Positions 24,810-37,162 of a stretch of DNA of 64,000 nucleotides are shown piece after piece. Origin of the DNA: Ophelia neglecta (taxonomy: Eukaryota). The stretch covers positions 60,760,001-60,824,000 of the forward strand of contig OZ260661.1 in assembly GCA_965285935.1 (NCBI GenBank), given 5' to 3'. The notes beneath the pieces are model-generated. The model was not told the origin of the DNA. It was given only the letters and a program-made list of their open reading frames with translations, and did not search any database. Position numbers and translations under genes: made by a program. Position 1 is the stretch's first letter. Each line of letters starts with the position of its first letter.

Positions 24810-27800
24810 TTATTTTTTCCACAACCATTTAGCAAGTGAATATGTGATTTCCCAAGCTACTTTTTTAAAACACGTAAACTGTTTTATTTTAAAAACGACG
24901 TCATGTTGTGTTTACTCTACTTTAAGAAACGACCTTTGACATTTCCATTCACCATTTCTCATAATAACAAGTCAAAAACCAAAATGTATATATAAGAATA
25001 TATTTCATGTTCTGTTTTTGAGAAATGTGCTCAATTTCTTAGGCAGCGTTACTATTTATAAGCGATTTGCTCAATGAATTTGCTCCCGTGGCACCCAAAC
25101 TTGCATTGATAAACACCTGCATGCTGCTCGTTTTCGGGCAAGACTTAATGCATTTGTGTTAAGGTGTCCAGGTAAAATGAATCGAATGCTAGCTAGCCTC
25201 TCTGTGGATCACCTGGGATTAGCGCTTTCGCTACTAAAATATAATATTTCCCTACTGACTTTCGGCGATCAATACAGAGCGATGCAAGTCAGTGGCGTAA
25301 TAAAGCCGGCCAGCTGTGGGCTGTTCATTGGAGACAAGTCCCGCAGAGATCGATCTTTACCGGGCCCACCCTTGACCTAGTTAGTCACCTATAGCCGGGT
25401 GTATAGCTGAGTGGTCATTGATATCGACTCGGTAATGGCCACTACCCACTAATACATCAATATTTCAAAGGCGGTTATTGAAATTCCATAATGGTGCCTT
25501 GTATGAGAGTTAAGGGGAGTTAATATGTCGCAGTAGCATAGCGCGTTGTCCCGAGAACCAGCAATGATCTCCTGGACCCCAATATTACATATCACCTATC
25601 ATAAGAGAACTGATGCATCATTGTAGATTACCAAATAAGTCGCGCCATCCATTGTAGCCTGCGTCGCTTTATTTTCTTAGCTGTCTAAAACACATCCTCT
25701 AGGACAGATGATCTTTCAAGAGAAGCTGTTTTACATGCAATCCTTCCGGTCATGTCGGGAGACTTTTGTACGGGGTCAGAATTACAATAGGGGCCGTTTG
25801 GGCCTAGGATTAAAGTGCGTAGCTCACTTTAAACAGCACCAAACAGAGCTTAGACTACATATAGACCAAGAACTATTGGATGATGCATTAGCCCGGAGTA
25901 GATATTTATTTATTTATAGAACTGCAAATAGCAATCGAGTGTGGTTATAAGCCTATCTCGCATGCTTTAAACTATAGAGGATAAAGTCATTCAGGGCTAT
26001 GATGGCCTTGCCCTGGCAGGAGAGCAAGAATCAAAAGTCATGTATTACCAGATTGGAAACACGACTAGCAGCAAGCATGAGAATGAGAGGGAGTCGGGAA
26101 ACTAAACAGCCATTATTAATCCCATAAGCAGTTCACAGCACGATCAATAGTATCTTAACTATCCTGAAAGCATTGTCACCTCCGCCTGCAGAAAGAACAG
26201 CAGGTAATCAACTTCTCATTTTGCATTATTAAGGGAGCTGGAGCAGATTGTCCTAGACGCTGCTGGGAGATCACTCTCAATGTGACATCCTCCAAATCGC
26301 CTGCTAGTCAGTATAATCTGCTCGATTATCCCCGCAGCGTCATAGCTAATAATTCAAAAGGTGATGGTAAAGGCCAATGCTAAATGCAAAATTGTTCTTA
26401 GAATTTTGATTAAAGGGCATACCAAAGCACTTGTGTACCTGTGCAGCTTATGATAAAATTGCTGCAGTTTAGATGGGCGATGAGGGGCTTGTCATTACTA
26501 CATTATCGATAGAACGCTTTCATTTGCATCATGTTCCGCTCCTATGCAAACCACACAATGTGCCTTTTTCATCTGCAATCGATCATAGAAAAACCATTCC
26601 AGTGGAATGCTTTGGCAGCCCAAGCTCAAGAGTTTAGTTTTCAGACCGATCAGAGCAAAACTATTTAAATTCCCCTAGTGGTTCTCTCTAAAACACGTCT
26701 CTTGCCGAGACTCGGAAGCAGCCATATCTGAAATGACTAAAATCTCTGTCAATTTTCTTGACATGCCCTGCGGCATTGATTTCTCGTATTGGGAGCAAAG
26801 AAACCCCAAATGAAGTTTTTTTTCTTCTCAGCAGCTCATCCATAATTTTTCAAACCAGTTCCAGACGATCAAGGACATTCTGCACACGTCACGTAGCCGC
26901 TAGACAGATAGTAATACGACCCGGATGATATGACTGCAAGGGCCAATTCTAACTATTACCTGACCATAATCTCTAATAAAACGAATTTATCGGTTTTCCT
27001 CACCCAATTTGACTGCTCTTTCAATCTAACGGGAATGGCTATGATTTAGCGAAGCAATTGAACAGCAAACTGTTATATTCCGCCATAAAAGTTGGCAGAC
27101 GTCCTTGATTCAGGTGTGCGTGCGAAGTAGTTATGATATAATTGGCACCTTACCAGATGTTTGTGAAAAATTGGAGCGTTGTACACCAATATGTTACGCG
27201 CTCGTTACGTTTTCCTTGGACCTGGCTGGTTCCATATCAAAGGCGGATAACTACGACAAAATAGCACGTCAGCAACATAACCTTCGCCTATCAAACAATG
27301 ATATTTTGTGTCAAAGCAAATGACCCTAATTTGAGGTAACCCATCGGTTAATTAGGCGCCATATTTTGTTGCTATTTTCATATTCCCTTCAGCAAAGAAC
27401 GAATACCTATCGTATTGTACACATAACAGTCCTAGTTATTTAACATTTGGGGGTTATTTGTCATTCGAAGCGAGGCTGACCATCATTAATGGATAATACC
27501 GTTGAATATTGCTTAATTTTGGTACTTGTTCAGTCTTAATGCTCTTGTCCACTACGTGGTGAAGCTATCAGCCATATTCAGTGGGAGCCTAAGAAGGAGA
27601 TTGGGGGTCTTCACGCGGCTTAATCAAACGTAAAATTGCAACCTTGTTGCTGGAGATTTTCGTGTGTTCTTGAAATTGTACACCATTTCACAATTAGAGT
27701 GACTTGTTCTCCAGGGTATTTCTTTAACATGCTTGCCTGAGTTTAATTAAAGTCCTGACAATCTCAATGCATAGCTCAGGGAAAACACACACAATAACAT

Positions 27801-28854
27801 TTTATACCCTAAATCAAATATATCATGAATAAAACCTCGGGTTGTTTTAATCAAGAAAGGATTCAATTTAGCCTCTTCAGGTTTTCGAAAAAAATCGATA
27901 ATTGTTTCTTTAATCACAATTGTACTTCCTGTGTATACGACTACTTCCTGCTTCTGGTTTGATATTCTGTTAGGAGAATAATTAAAATTGATATTTTTCG
28001 ACTTTTCTTTTAATCTAGGTATTAAGTGGTACTTAACTGCATCTCTTTAATCTTGATCATTAAAAATGCAGATTGCCCGGAGGAGCCCGAGGCAGCTGCC
28101 GCGGATGCTGGCGCGATAGACATCTGTGAATGGATATTTAGTTACCAATCTCGTTTCCGTTTTAGGACCCCTAGCTTCCAAGGACGGAAGCTACACCCTC
28201 TTAAGTAGTGTTCCACCCCATTGCAGAGAGAATAACTTTCATTGTGACCCGTCCCTTCTGCAACGATAAGATACGGAATGCCGAGCCAGCCACAGATAAA
28301 TGTCATTCCAAAGTGACAGGTCATAAAAAGTTGCACGTGTCATGAAATAAACCACTTTTATCATTAGATGTTAGAGGACGCTCTACTGAGTTGTCCTGCT
28401 GGGACCTAATTACTGCAGGGGTGAATGAGCGATAATTGGCTTTGCAGCAATCGGTATTTTTTTGTATACTTTCGACGTTACACGAATGCATTAGGTACGT
28501 TTTATAAATGTCTTTTTAATTTTGTTTCAGGTAGACGACTTGCCATGAAAAGTTCCAGTAAAAAGCTATAGATACAGCGAGAAAAAGTCGTGAAAGGGTC
28601 CAACAACAACATTAAAGCCTGGAGTTCCACAGTCAATAGAGAAAGGCAGACGACACATGGACTGTATTGAGGCGGAACTTGGTGTCTTTCCTCTGATATC
28701 TATGTTACAAGGAATCTTATTGATTGCAAGCAGCAGTCCTTTCTTTTGCTCGGCAGTCTTTGGAGTCGTCGTCCTTATGTGTGAAGAAATCTCATGAATA
28801 GGGATTACATAGTGACTAGAGTTTCTCCGGGCAAATTATACGGTGACTGGAGTT

Positions 28855-28868
28855 GTTTCCATGGTAAC
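28855..28868. promoter_or_regulatory. RFX X-box in the Antp intron
   Basis: GTTTCCATGGTAAC matches the X-box consensus GTNNCCATGGYAAC. Confidence 0.45.
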
Positions 28869-30239
28869 GTTCTGATTGCTTTCGAATGTTTCAGCACAAA
28901 GATGATAGTAGGGTGACCAGGGCGGACAGTTTTAATGGGGTCGGCTGAACTTTGCGAAATTATAAGACCTGGAGGTCATCAGCAGCGCATCCTGGTGACG
29001 ACCTCATAAACTGTCATGTGACCCATAGATTAGCTCCGCACCCAATTTAACCATAACAACAACACGGACATCTTGATAAAACGAGAATGGTTAATTTCAC
29101 ACTTAAACATTAAATGATTTATGCTTTCGAAAATAAACTGTTTATGAAAAACTTGCTTGATCTTGATCTTAATTTTTATAAAGCCCTTTGCAACATAAAC
29201 CTTAAGTATCAATTTTAATCCTATTTTTCTTTTTCTCGAGTTACGAACATGCAGATTTGTATTTTCAATTGCAAGCACTATATCATCCCAGTATCAACCT
29301 AGACTGGTTTTGTTTTTACAATCAATACACTTTATTTATGTTTAAAAGCCAATTTTGCCACTTTTAATTAACAAGTTTGGTGGGTGCTCGGATTTGTTGT
29401 GAAAGTCACTTTCCGAGCGGATGGTACTGCAGGTCAATGTTTGCCGCCTGGTCTAAATTTAAAGGGTCACATCCAGTGAAAACAAGCCTGGATGAATCCT
29501 GGATCAAATCAACACTTGGGTATATAAGAATCCACTAGTGTTGACTAACTCTACCGCCAGTACAGATGCTGAGGATAAGAAACATTCAGGACAAAAAACA
29601 GTTGCTGCGTACTCTGTATCAGGTACAGGTAATAAACGCGAGTCAGTCCAATGTGTATTTAATTAGTCCTCGTTTATTTCTATCAAAAGATATCTTCCTA
29701 AGTTGAGTTGCTCCTGCTGGATACATTGCCAAATCCCATTTATCAATGTCATTTCAAGGATGGTAACATCTACCTGAAGCTCACTTGATAAACCCTCGAC
29801 CTTTTGTAAACGTAACCAAGGGTATCTTGGTGAATCATCCTTGTCTCTCCAATAAGATAACAAAGAAATGATGGGCATTGTCTAATATCAGTGTTAAACA
29901 CACCGAAATGTAAGAGGCAGATATAGTGATACTTCTAAATATGCCTATAGACATGCTGCTCAGCTTGTGTGCATCGATATTACCGACCCTAAGGACAAGC
30001 CCACAACCAGCAATGAAAAATGTATGTTTTTTCTAAATATTTAATAATGGAGCCTGGTTAAATCAGTATAATAGAATATAATTCTTCTCATATTTCGTGT
30101 CAGTGCATGTACAAACGCTTATCTCCCCCAATCAATAGCTGAGACATCGCATGAAATTCCACCGGTGACCATCACTTTTCTTGCTACGATTTCCTGATAG
30201 TGACGAATTCATGAATCTTTATCAGGTCATAAACGGTAG

Positions 30240-30257
30240 AGCCACTAGAGGGCACTG
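30240..30257 (+). promoter_or_regulatory. CTCF consensus site in the Antp intron
   Basis: AGCCACTAGAGGGCACTG matches the CTCF core CCASYAGRKGGCRS at every position. Confidence 0.6.
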
Positions 30258-31129
30258 TGCACCATGGTTTCCCGCTTAATCAAAAGCAAAACCAGCCGGC
30301 CTCGGCCGCTCAGTAACAACACAAAAAGGTTGACAATTCGCTTGCCTCAATCCGACCTTGAGACAAGAGGTCCAGGTCGAATGAAAGGTTATGAGCATCT
30401 ATCCGATATATAAAAACATATATAAGTGTGTGGTTTTAATTACAGTAGTGGTCAACCTAATTGTCATTAACTAATTGTTGTCTTTATTCACCAATAGGCA
30501 CGGGACCCTCTCAGTCAATGTATGACATTAACAAGGGCCAAATTTCAATTTAAAGACTGAAGTAGAACACAATATGCAAATGACTTACATATTTGACACA
30601 TGAATGCTTATGATAAGCTTGGGCGCACTAATCGTCAAGCTTTTAATCATATTACTTTATAATAAAAATTGGATAGGACGTTCAAAGCAGTCCAGAGATT
30701 TATCAACATAGTGCAACATGCCATATATAAAAAACTAGCGAGCCCCTTATCCTGAAGCCGAGAGGTCAAAGACCAACTCCCAGATAATAACATAACACTA
30801 TTGGTTAGAATATGGTATGGGGGGGGGGACTTTTCTCTCTGAGGATCTTATCGGTTTCTGCATAGAGCGATCACTCCTTAAGCTGTCTGACCATGATGCA
30901 TATATTTTCAATTCACAGCTGTGCACGTCGATGTTAGACAGTGACTTCGGCAAACTTATGGGAAACTATGAAACGTTATTTTTAAACGTTAACAGTTTGA
31001 TAAGGTACAGGTACACATCTACACACATAAAATAACTAACACTATATACATCAGCCTAAAAAAGGGGGTCCTTTTGTCGTTGTGGTGAAACGGGAGAGAG
31101 GGATACCTTGTTTTTTTCCGGAGTCAGTT

Positions 31130-32935
31130 TAGTGTTGTGTCAAAACAGAAGAGAATGTTACGGTCTTGATGGTGGCATAAGGCAAAAAAAATCGTCAATT
31201 TCATGAAGATGACACGAGGGAACGTATTGCCAAGGCCATAATGGTGACTTAAGGAAAGGGGGTGCCTAAGTCATTGTGAGCATGCTCTAATTGTCGGAAT
31301 GTGAGCAAAGGCAGGGCCAAGGTCGGTATGGAGGCATGGAGAAAGAGAATGTGGAGGTCGTGGTGGTGATAAGGGGTAAGAGAATGTCAATATTTGTATG
31401 ATATTATGGGGGGAAAAGAGTGCCAGTGCCATGGAGGTTAGATGACGAAAGGGAGTGGTAAGGACATGGTGGTAACATGATCAAAGGAAGTGCCAAAGTC
31501 GGTGTGAAAACTGAGGGAAATTTGAGTGCCAAGGTCATAGTGGTATAACGAATGAAGGGGCTGCTAAACTTAAGCTGGTGACACGAGGAAAGGGAGGAGC
31601 AAAGGTCAGTGTTACCATTAGAATAGGAAGTACCAAAGTCATGGGGTGAAATGAAGAAAGGGGCTGCCAAGGTTATGATGGTGACATTGGGGGAAGAAGT
31701 GGCAAGGTCATGGTGCTGATATGACAGAAAGAAGTTCCAAGATAATGACGGTGATATAAAGAGCTGGGATGTCAAGGTCATGGTGGTGACATACGGCCTG
31801 AGGCCCCCGAGGTCATAATGGTGACCTGAGGGAAGTGAGTGCCAAGGTCATGGTGGTGACCCGAGGGAAGTGATTGCAAAGGTCATGGTGGTGACTTGAG
31901 GGAAGTGATGCCAAGATCATGGTGTTGACCTGAGGGAAGTGAGTGCCAAGGTCATGGTGGTGACCTGAGGAATGGGAGCGCCAATGTCATGGTGTTGACC
32001 TGAAGCAAGGGAGTGCCAAGATCATGGTGGTGTATGATGTTATGGGGGGAAAAGAGTGCCAGTGCCATGGAGGTTAGATGAGGAAAGGGAGTGGTAAGGA
32101 CATGGTGGTAACATGATCGAAGGAAGTGCCAAAGTCGATGTGATAACAAAGGGAAATGAAGGTGGTGACCTGGGGGAAGTGAGTGCCAAGGTCATGGTGG
32201 TGACCTGAGGGAAGTGAGTGCCAAGGCCATGGTGTGGACCTGAAGCAAGGGAGTGCCAAGATCATGGTGGTGACCTGGGGGAAGTGAGTGCCAAGGTCAT
32301 GGTGGTGACCTGAGGAATGGGAGTGCCAAAGTCTTGGTGGTGACTTGAGCAATGGGAGTGCAGAGGTCATGATGGTGACATTGGGGGAAGAAGTGGCTAG
32401 GTATGGTGATCATATGAAGGAAAGAAGTACCAAGATAATGATGCTGATATATAAGGAGTGGGGGTGTTAAGGTCATTCTGTTGACCTGCGGCACGCGGCT
32501 GCCAAGGTGATGGCGATGACATGAGATTGGGAATGTCAAGGTCATGGTTGTGACCTGAGGAATGGGAGTGCCAAGGTCAAGGTGGTGACATGTGATTGGA
32601 AATGTCAAGGTCATGGTGGCGACATGGATTTAGACTGACAAGGTCAGTGTGACGACAAAAAGAAAGTGAGTGCAGAGTTCATGATGATGGCATAAGGATG
32701 GGACTGCCAAACTCACGCGGTGACATAGGGATGGTACCAAGGTCTTGGAGGTGGTATAGGGAAAAGGAGTATAACGGTCATGGTAGTGACCCGCTGGGGT
32801 AAGGAGTAGCAAGGTCGTGGTGCTGACACGAGGGAAATAACTACCAATGAAATAATCATGATCTTAGAAAAGGGGATGCCAAGGTCATGCCGGTGACCTT
32901 CAGAAATGTGATGCCAAGGTCATGGTGGGCAAATG
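31130..32935. repeat. Degenerate 35-bp tandem repeat array (consensus GCCAAGGTCATGGTGGTGACCTGAGGGAAGTGAGT) in the Antp intron
   Basis: Near-perfect consecutive units at about 31841-32030 and 32185-32370, diverging toward both ends. Boundaries are approximate. It explains the repetitive HHHDLGT/VTTMTL shadow ORFs. Confidence 0.92.
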
Positions 32936-34220
32936 AGTAAAGGAAGCTGAGCCCAAAATTAGAATAGAAAGTACCTGCCGCAAGGAGCCTTGAAAGGAGA
33001 CGTTTCTTTAATTTTCTACTTCTTTTTCTCCATGCCTAGTTCATGAGCAAAACTGATCAAGAAGTTTAATTAAATAGCGTGGTTCCTGCCCATCCCAACA
33101 GGTAGACTGTTTGGCATTTGGGAGTTTCCTTGTAACACCCGACCCCATTTGACTCCAGACAAACCCTTTAGTTTGTTCCCAAAAAAATGGACAGAATCAG
33201 CTGTGTTTGCAAAAAGAACCAAAGCTTGGCATTGGAGGAAAACGGGCTAGAAGAGGCCGAAAGCGAAAAGAAATAAACGAGCGCTCAATGAAATATGTCA
33301 GTTTTGGCGGCGCCAATGATGAATTGCTTCTTGGCTGATGAAGCACGTGGAAATATTTGCACGCAAAGTTTCTATTACATCAGTATTGCATCTTATTCCG
33401 TTTCCTTTTATGTGATCAACTTACATGCATCGGCACTTTTGAATAACATTTTTAAGGATCAGTGTTTTATCTAGGATATTTATATCTTTACATTTTACCT
33501 GGAACACTGTTGCTCTACCTCAAAAAGGGCAGTGCCTCGTTTTGAACAGAGCTTCTCTCTTGTTTGATGCAAGAGCCCAGTGATCTGGTATGCGGATAAC
33601 CAACGACCCAGTTTCGTTATTGGCAATGTTTTGGGTAACTTATCAAAATGTCTGGATAAAGAATACTAGGGGATGATTGAAGATGCATCTGCTGCTGAGC
33701 CATGGCAGTCGGCACTATCCACCAACTACGGAGTCTGAAAGCAATAATCTGAGGTATATTTATAGAGCTAGTCGGCCTTCAGTAAGACAGCCTCTCAGGT
33801 ATGCCCGATTTAGAGAGCAGACGACCTGACCTTCTATCTGCAGCCCCGCTGGCTTTCAGGGTCTTCCCCGAAGCAACTTTCAAGTTGCATATGCGAGGGA
33901 ATTATCGAGTTGAACTTTTTGCCGAGTGGTAAAAAACTAACGGTGAACCTATTTAAGTTCCACCTTAAATGACTTTTACATGGCTAGTTGTCCTGTGAGA
34001 AGAGTATATTTACAAATTTACAACTTATTGACTATAAAAATCGAAATAATAGCGTAAATGAAGAAAACACGAACTGTCAAACACTAAAACATGAACTGTT
34101 AAGATGTAACTATTAAACATATTTCACGAGACTTAAACTCAAGTTTTGGTCTTTTCCATACTACTACGAGACTGCACCCCAAGTCTCTGAATGACCTCTT
34201 ACGTGTGAGGTTGACGCCTA

Positions 34221-34236
34221 TGGCGCCCCCTGGTAA
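34221..34236 (-). promoter_or_regulatory. Weaker CTCF-like site
   Basis: Minus strand TTACCAGGGGGCGCCA: the 3' core is perfect, but the two 5' C residues are replaced by TT. Confidence 0.35.
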
Positions 34237-36057
34237 TCATGCTTCGCATACTGGAGAGGAAGACAAATACCTTAGGATAAAAAAATATAATAAATCCTGT
34301 CGGCAGGTATGATTACGATGAAACTAACACATAAACAAACGTTATAAATAGAACAGACATTGTGCGGGAGGTAAAATAGAACTGGATAGATTAGTAACTT
34401 TTTTCTAGAAATCTCATTGTGGGAATTGCTTCTTGATATAAAAAATGTTCACATTATTCAAACATATAATAGGAACATCTCTAGACAGCCATACAATGAC
34501 CCATTATGTGTAATTTCTAATACTTGCTTGAAGACATTTTGAACATGGAATGCACTGCTCGTAAGCTTTAAGACTTACCACTGCCTACTTTGGACAAAAA
34601 TATCTCCTGAAGCTGCCAATATTCCGACCTTTTTTTCGAGTGTCGGTAAATGAACTTTTAGAAACTTAATGATATAAGTCGACTTTTGAAGCTGAAATTG
34701 TTAGTGAGTCGAGGAGATAACACCAGTGTCTCGACTCCAATCGAAATCGCGCAATGAATTTTTAAAGACAGAGGAAATTGGATGGGGAGACATCAAAGAG
34801 ACGGCGAAATGCTGACCTTTGGGATGCTGGTAACGGCTCGAGTCCTCCAAGAAACTACCGTTTGAAGGATCACCTTAAATTTGCAACAGAAATCAACTGG
34901 AGAATGGATGGCCTGCCTGATAGCAGCAGTATCTTTCAAATTTTCGAAGCCCGCGTTATTTAATAATGAAGGTGTGCTGTCGCCACCCAAGACATATCAA
35001 GATGCTGATGCTGTGGTGTTAACTCTGTAGCACAGGACAGCAACCAAGGAGCGGGCGAGCCAACTCGGAAATGTCGTCTGCTTTACCAGAGAGATTTGCA
35101 ACTGCCTTCCGGGTTTGAGGCCCGGTGGTTGAAAAAATAACCGCACTTAGGTCAGAAATCATGCTTAAATGGGATATCTCTCGGTACCTGGGGAGAACGG
35201 ACAACATGAGATAAACCTTTGCTTTGAGTCCACATAATCAACAACATAAGAGCACTTCGTTCTTTGTGTCGTCTGCATGGTACTAGGCCTACTTTTCTAA
35301 ACGCAAATATGTACATCATTCACCTAGATTTTGTATACCTTTGCAGGGTATGTCGTGCGAGCATGAACTTGGGATTCATGTTAAATAAAAAGGAAATGAA
35401 AGAAAAGTGGTTTTGCTGCAACAACTCTCTGTTGGTTTGTGGAAGTCAACTGTGTTTTCGCCAAGAGATTCATCCATCATTGGCTCCTGACATAGTCAAA
35501 TTGTCTGAAGTAAGGAAGGGAATTCCCGCCACAGGCCGTATGTGCTTCTACAACTAGTCAATCAGATACACATCATTACAAAACAGAATTAATGACAAAT
35601 CAATGAAGATGCCCCCAGCTCGCCAATTCCCCTGCCCGGCCTAGTCCTTGACACACAAGATTTGAAACCAACAAAAAAGACCAGCGGATTTTGGAACCAA
35701 ACTGCACAAATATTGATTTCTGAGCTTAACCTTGGAATAAAGAAAGGACGAATTGAGTCCTTAAAGATAGAGACAACAAGAGTCGTTAATTTTTTTTTTT
35801 CATCAACCAAAGTGGACGCTGCATGAAAAACAAACAGCAATTTATTTGATTAAAGTCGTGTATTTAACTGATGACACGGAAGTAACTGAACCTGCATAAT
35901 ATTAGTAAGATTTTAATAACTTAGAGGTAAACTGAAACATTTTCTTATGAATAGATTAATTTAATGAAATATGTCTGAAGCGTTGAACATCCTCAGTTCC
36001 AAAGTATTGTAGAAAATTTGATTTTATACAAACAAAGATGTCATATGAAAATCTTAC

Positions 36058-36778
36058 CGAATTGAGAGCGCATCCAGGGGTAGATGGGAAGGGTTCCTTG
36101 CTTGCCCTCGCCATCTTTCTCAGCGTCGGCTGAGTTACTGTCCTGATCCTCGGACACCTCCCCGTCCACAGAGCTGCTGAACGGCTTCTCCTTCTTGGTC
36201 TCCGTGAATTTCTCCTCGAGGTCCTCACCGAAGGTCGGCTTGGTGGAACTGGAGAGCGGCGTTCCATTGGCGGGGGAAGGACTAGAGAGTGCAGATGGAG
36301 ACGTTTTGTTGTTGTTGTTCTGTTTATTGGAGGAGATGGTGTTGGTAGAGCCCTGGCCAGGGGTGGTATAGTCGGGGCTTCCCGGAGAGGAAGAGATATG
36401 TCCCGAACCGACACTGCTAGAGCTTGACCGAGGACCCCCTGTTTGGGCCCCAGGGCTGCGGTTCGATGAGCTCAGGTTCTGAGGTTCATATTTTGAGTCA
36501 TATTTGGTAGTAGAGGAAGCATATCTGTCTATGTTTTCATAGAATTCAGCAGCGGAGGTTGGCTGCTGGAGTGAAGCGAGAGTACGGATGTTGTCCAATC
36601 TCTCGTAGGGTGGGAAGTTGGGGTACCCGCTCCCCGCGGGGGAGGAGCTACTACCCCCATAGTGGTCCAATCTAGCCCCAGCATGGTAGCCGGCACTCCC
36701 GGGGGTGGCGCCCGAATGATGAGAATAGGCCGCACCACTTTCACTCGTCAAATAGTTTGATGTAAAATACGAACTCAT
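36058..36778 (-). CDS. Antp: Antennapedia/Hox7 homeobox gene, coding exon 1 (N-terminus to hexapeptide)
   Basis: ATG at 36778, with an in-frame TAA upstream at 36805-36803; the ORF-track start at 36787 is TTG. Encodes the MSSYF Hox N-terminal motif, GYPNFPPYERL (resembling the Antp YPRFPPYDR motif) and the YPWMRSQF hexapeptide typical of Antp. Ends at a canonical donor TTC G|GTAAG (phase 1) at 36058/36057. Confidence 0.95.
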
Positions 36779-36949
36779 GCTAGTCAAGTTATTCCAGATG
36801 CCTTAAAGTTGCCGTCTGTATTATATTGGTTCCTCCTTATAGACTGTGGAGGACTGGGATATATCAAATCATCTTCATGGTCAAACCCCTGCAAAAATTG
36901 TTCCAAGCTCGGCCTCCCCTCGCCGCCCACAGCCCAATGGTCTTGGTCG

Positions 36950-36968
36950 CTAGAAAGGGAAAATATAT
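36950..36968 (-). other. Candidate splice acceptor in the Antp 5' leader
   Basis: Minus strand ATATATTTTCCCTTTCTAG|CGACC, with a TTAAT branch-like motif just upstream. A second candidate, TTTTTGCAG|GG, lies at 36889/36888. Confidence 0.4.
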
Positions 36969-37130
36969 TTTCAATTAATTTTGTATCGAAATTTCCGCAA
37001 AGAATATTACAAAGTAACCTTTTTGGTGGGAGTTTTCCTGATGTATTATTCATATTTCAATTAGTTTCTACCCCGAGCCCTCAGATTATACACATAATCT
37101 GTCAGAGCCTAATAGCTCATGTCTGGCGGG

Positions 37131-37162
37131 TGATGTATTATGGTCACAGTCCACTTTTTATA
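37131..37162 (-). promoter_or_regulatory. Candidate proximal Antp core promoter (TATA box plus initiator-like TCA)
   Basis: TATAAAAA at 37162-37155 on the minus strand, with TCA whose A (37131) lies 31 nt downstream of the first T. About 350 nt upstream of the ATG. Confidence 0.35.

Noticed and set aside
25395-25445. tRNA A-box-like TAGCTGAGTGG with a hairpin
   Set aside because: No B-box or cloverleaf; not a tRNA or SINE head.
31404-32812. Several His/Thr-rich ORFs (HHHDLGT...), and possible CRISPR-like periodicity
   Set aside because: These are translations of the 35-bp tandem repeat. The unit length is not a multiple of three, there are no unique spacers, and the context is eukaryotic.
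35589-35840. Intronic minus-strand ORF containing VWFQN, resembling homeodomain helix 3
   Set aside because: The rest lacks homeodomain core residues (no L16/F20/L40 pattern, no RR after WFQN). Treated as chance.
35956-36744. Overlapping ORFs 35956-36414 and 36529-36744
   Set aside because: Alternative-frame shadows of the GC-rich Antp exon 1.
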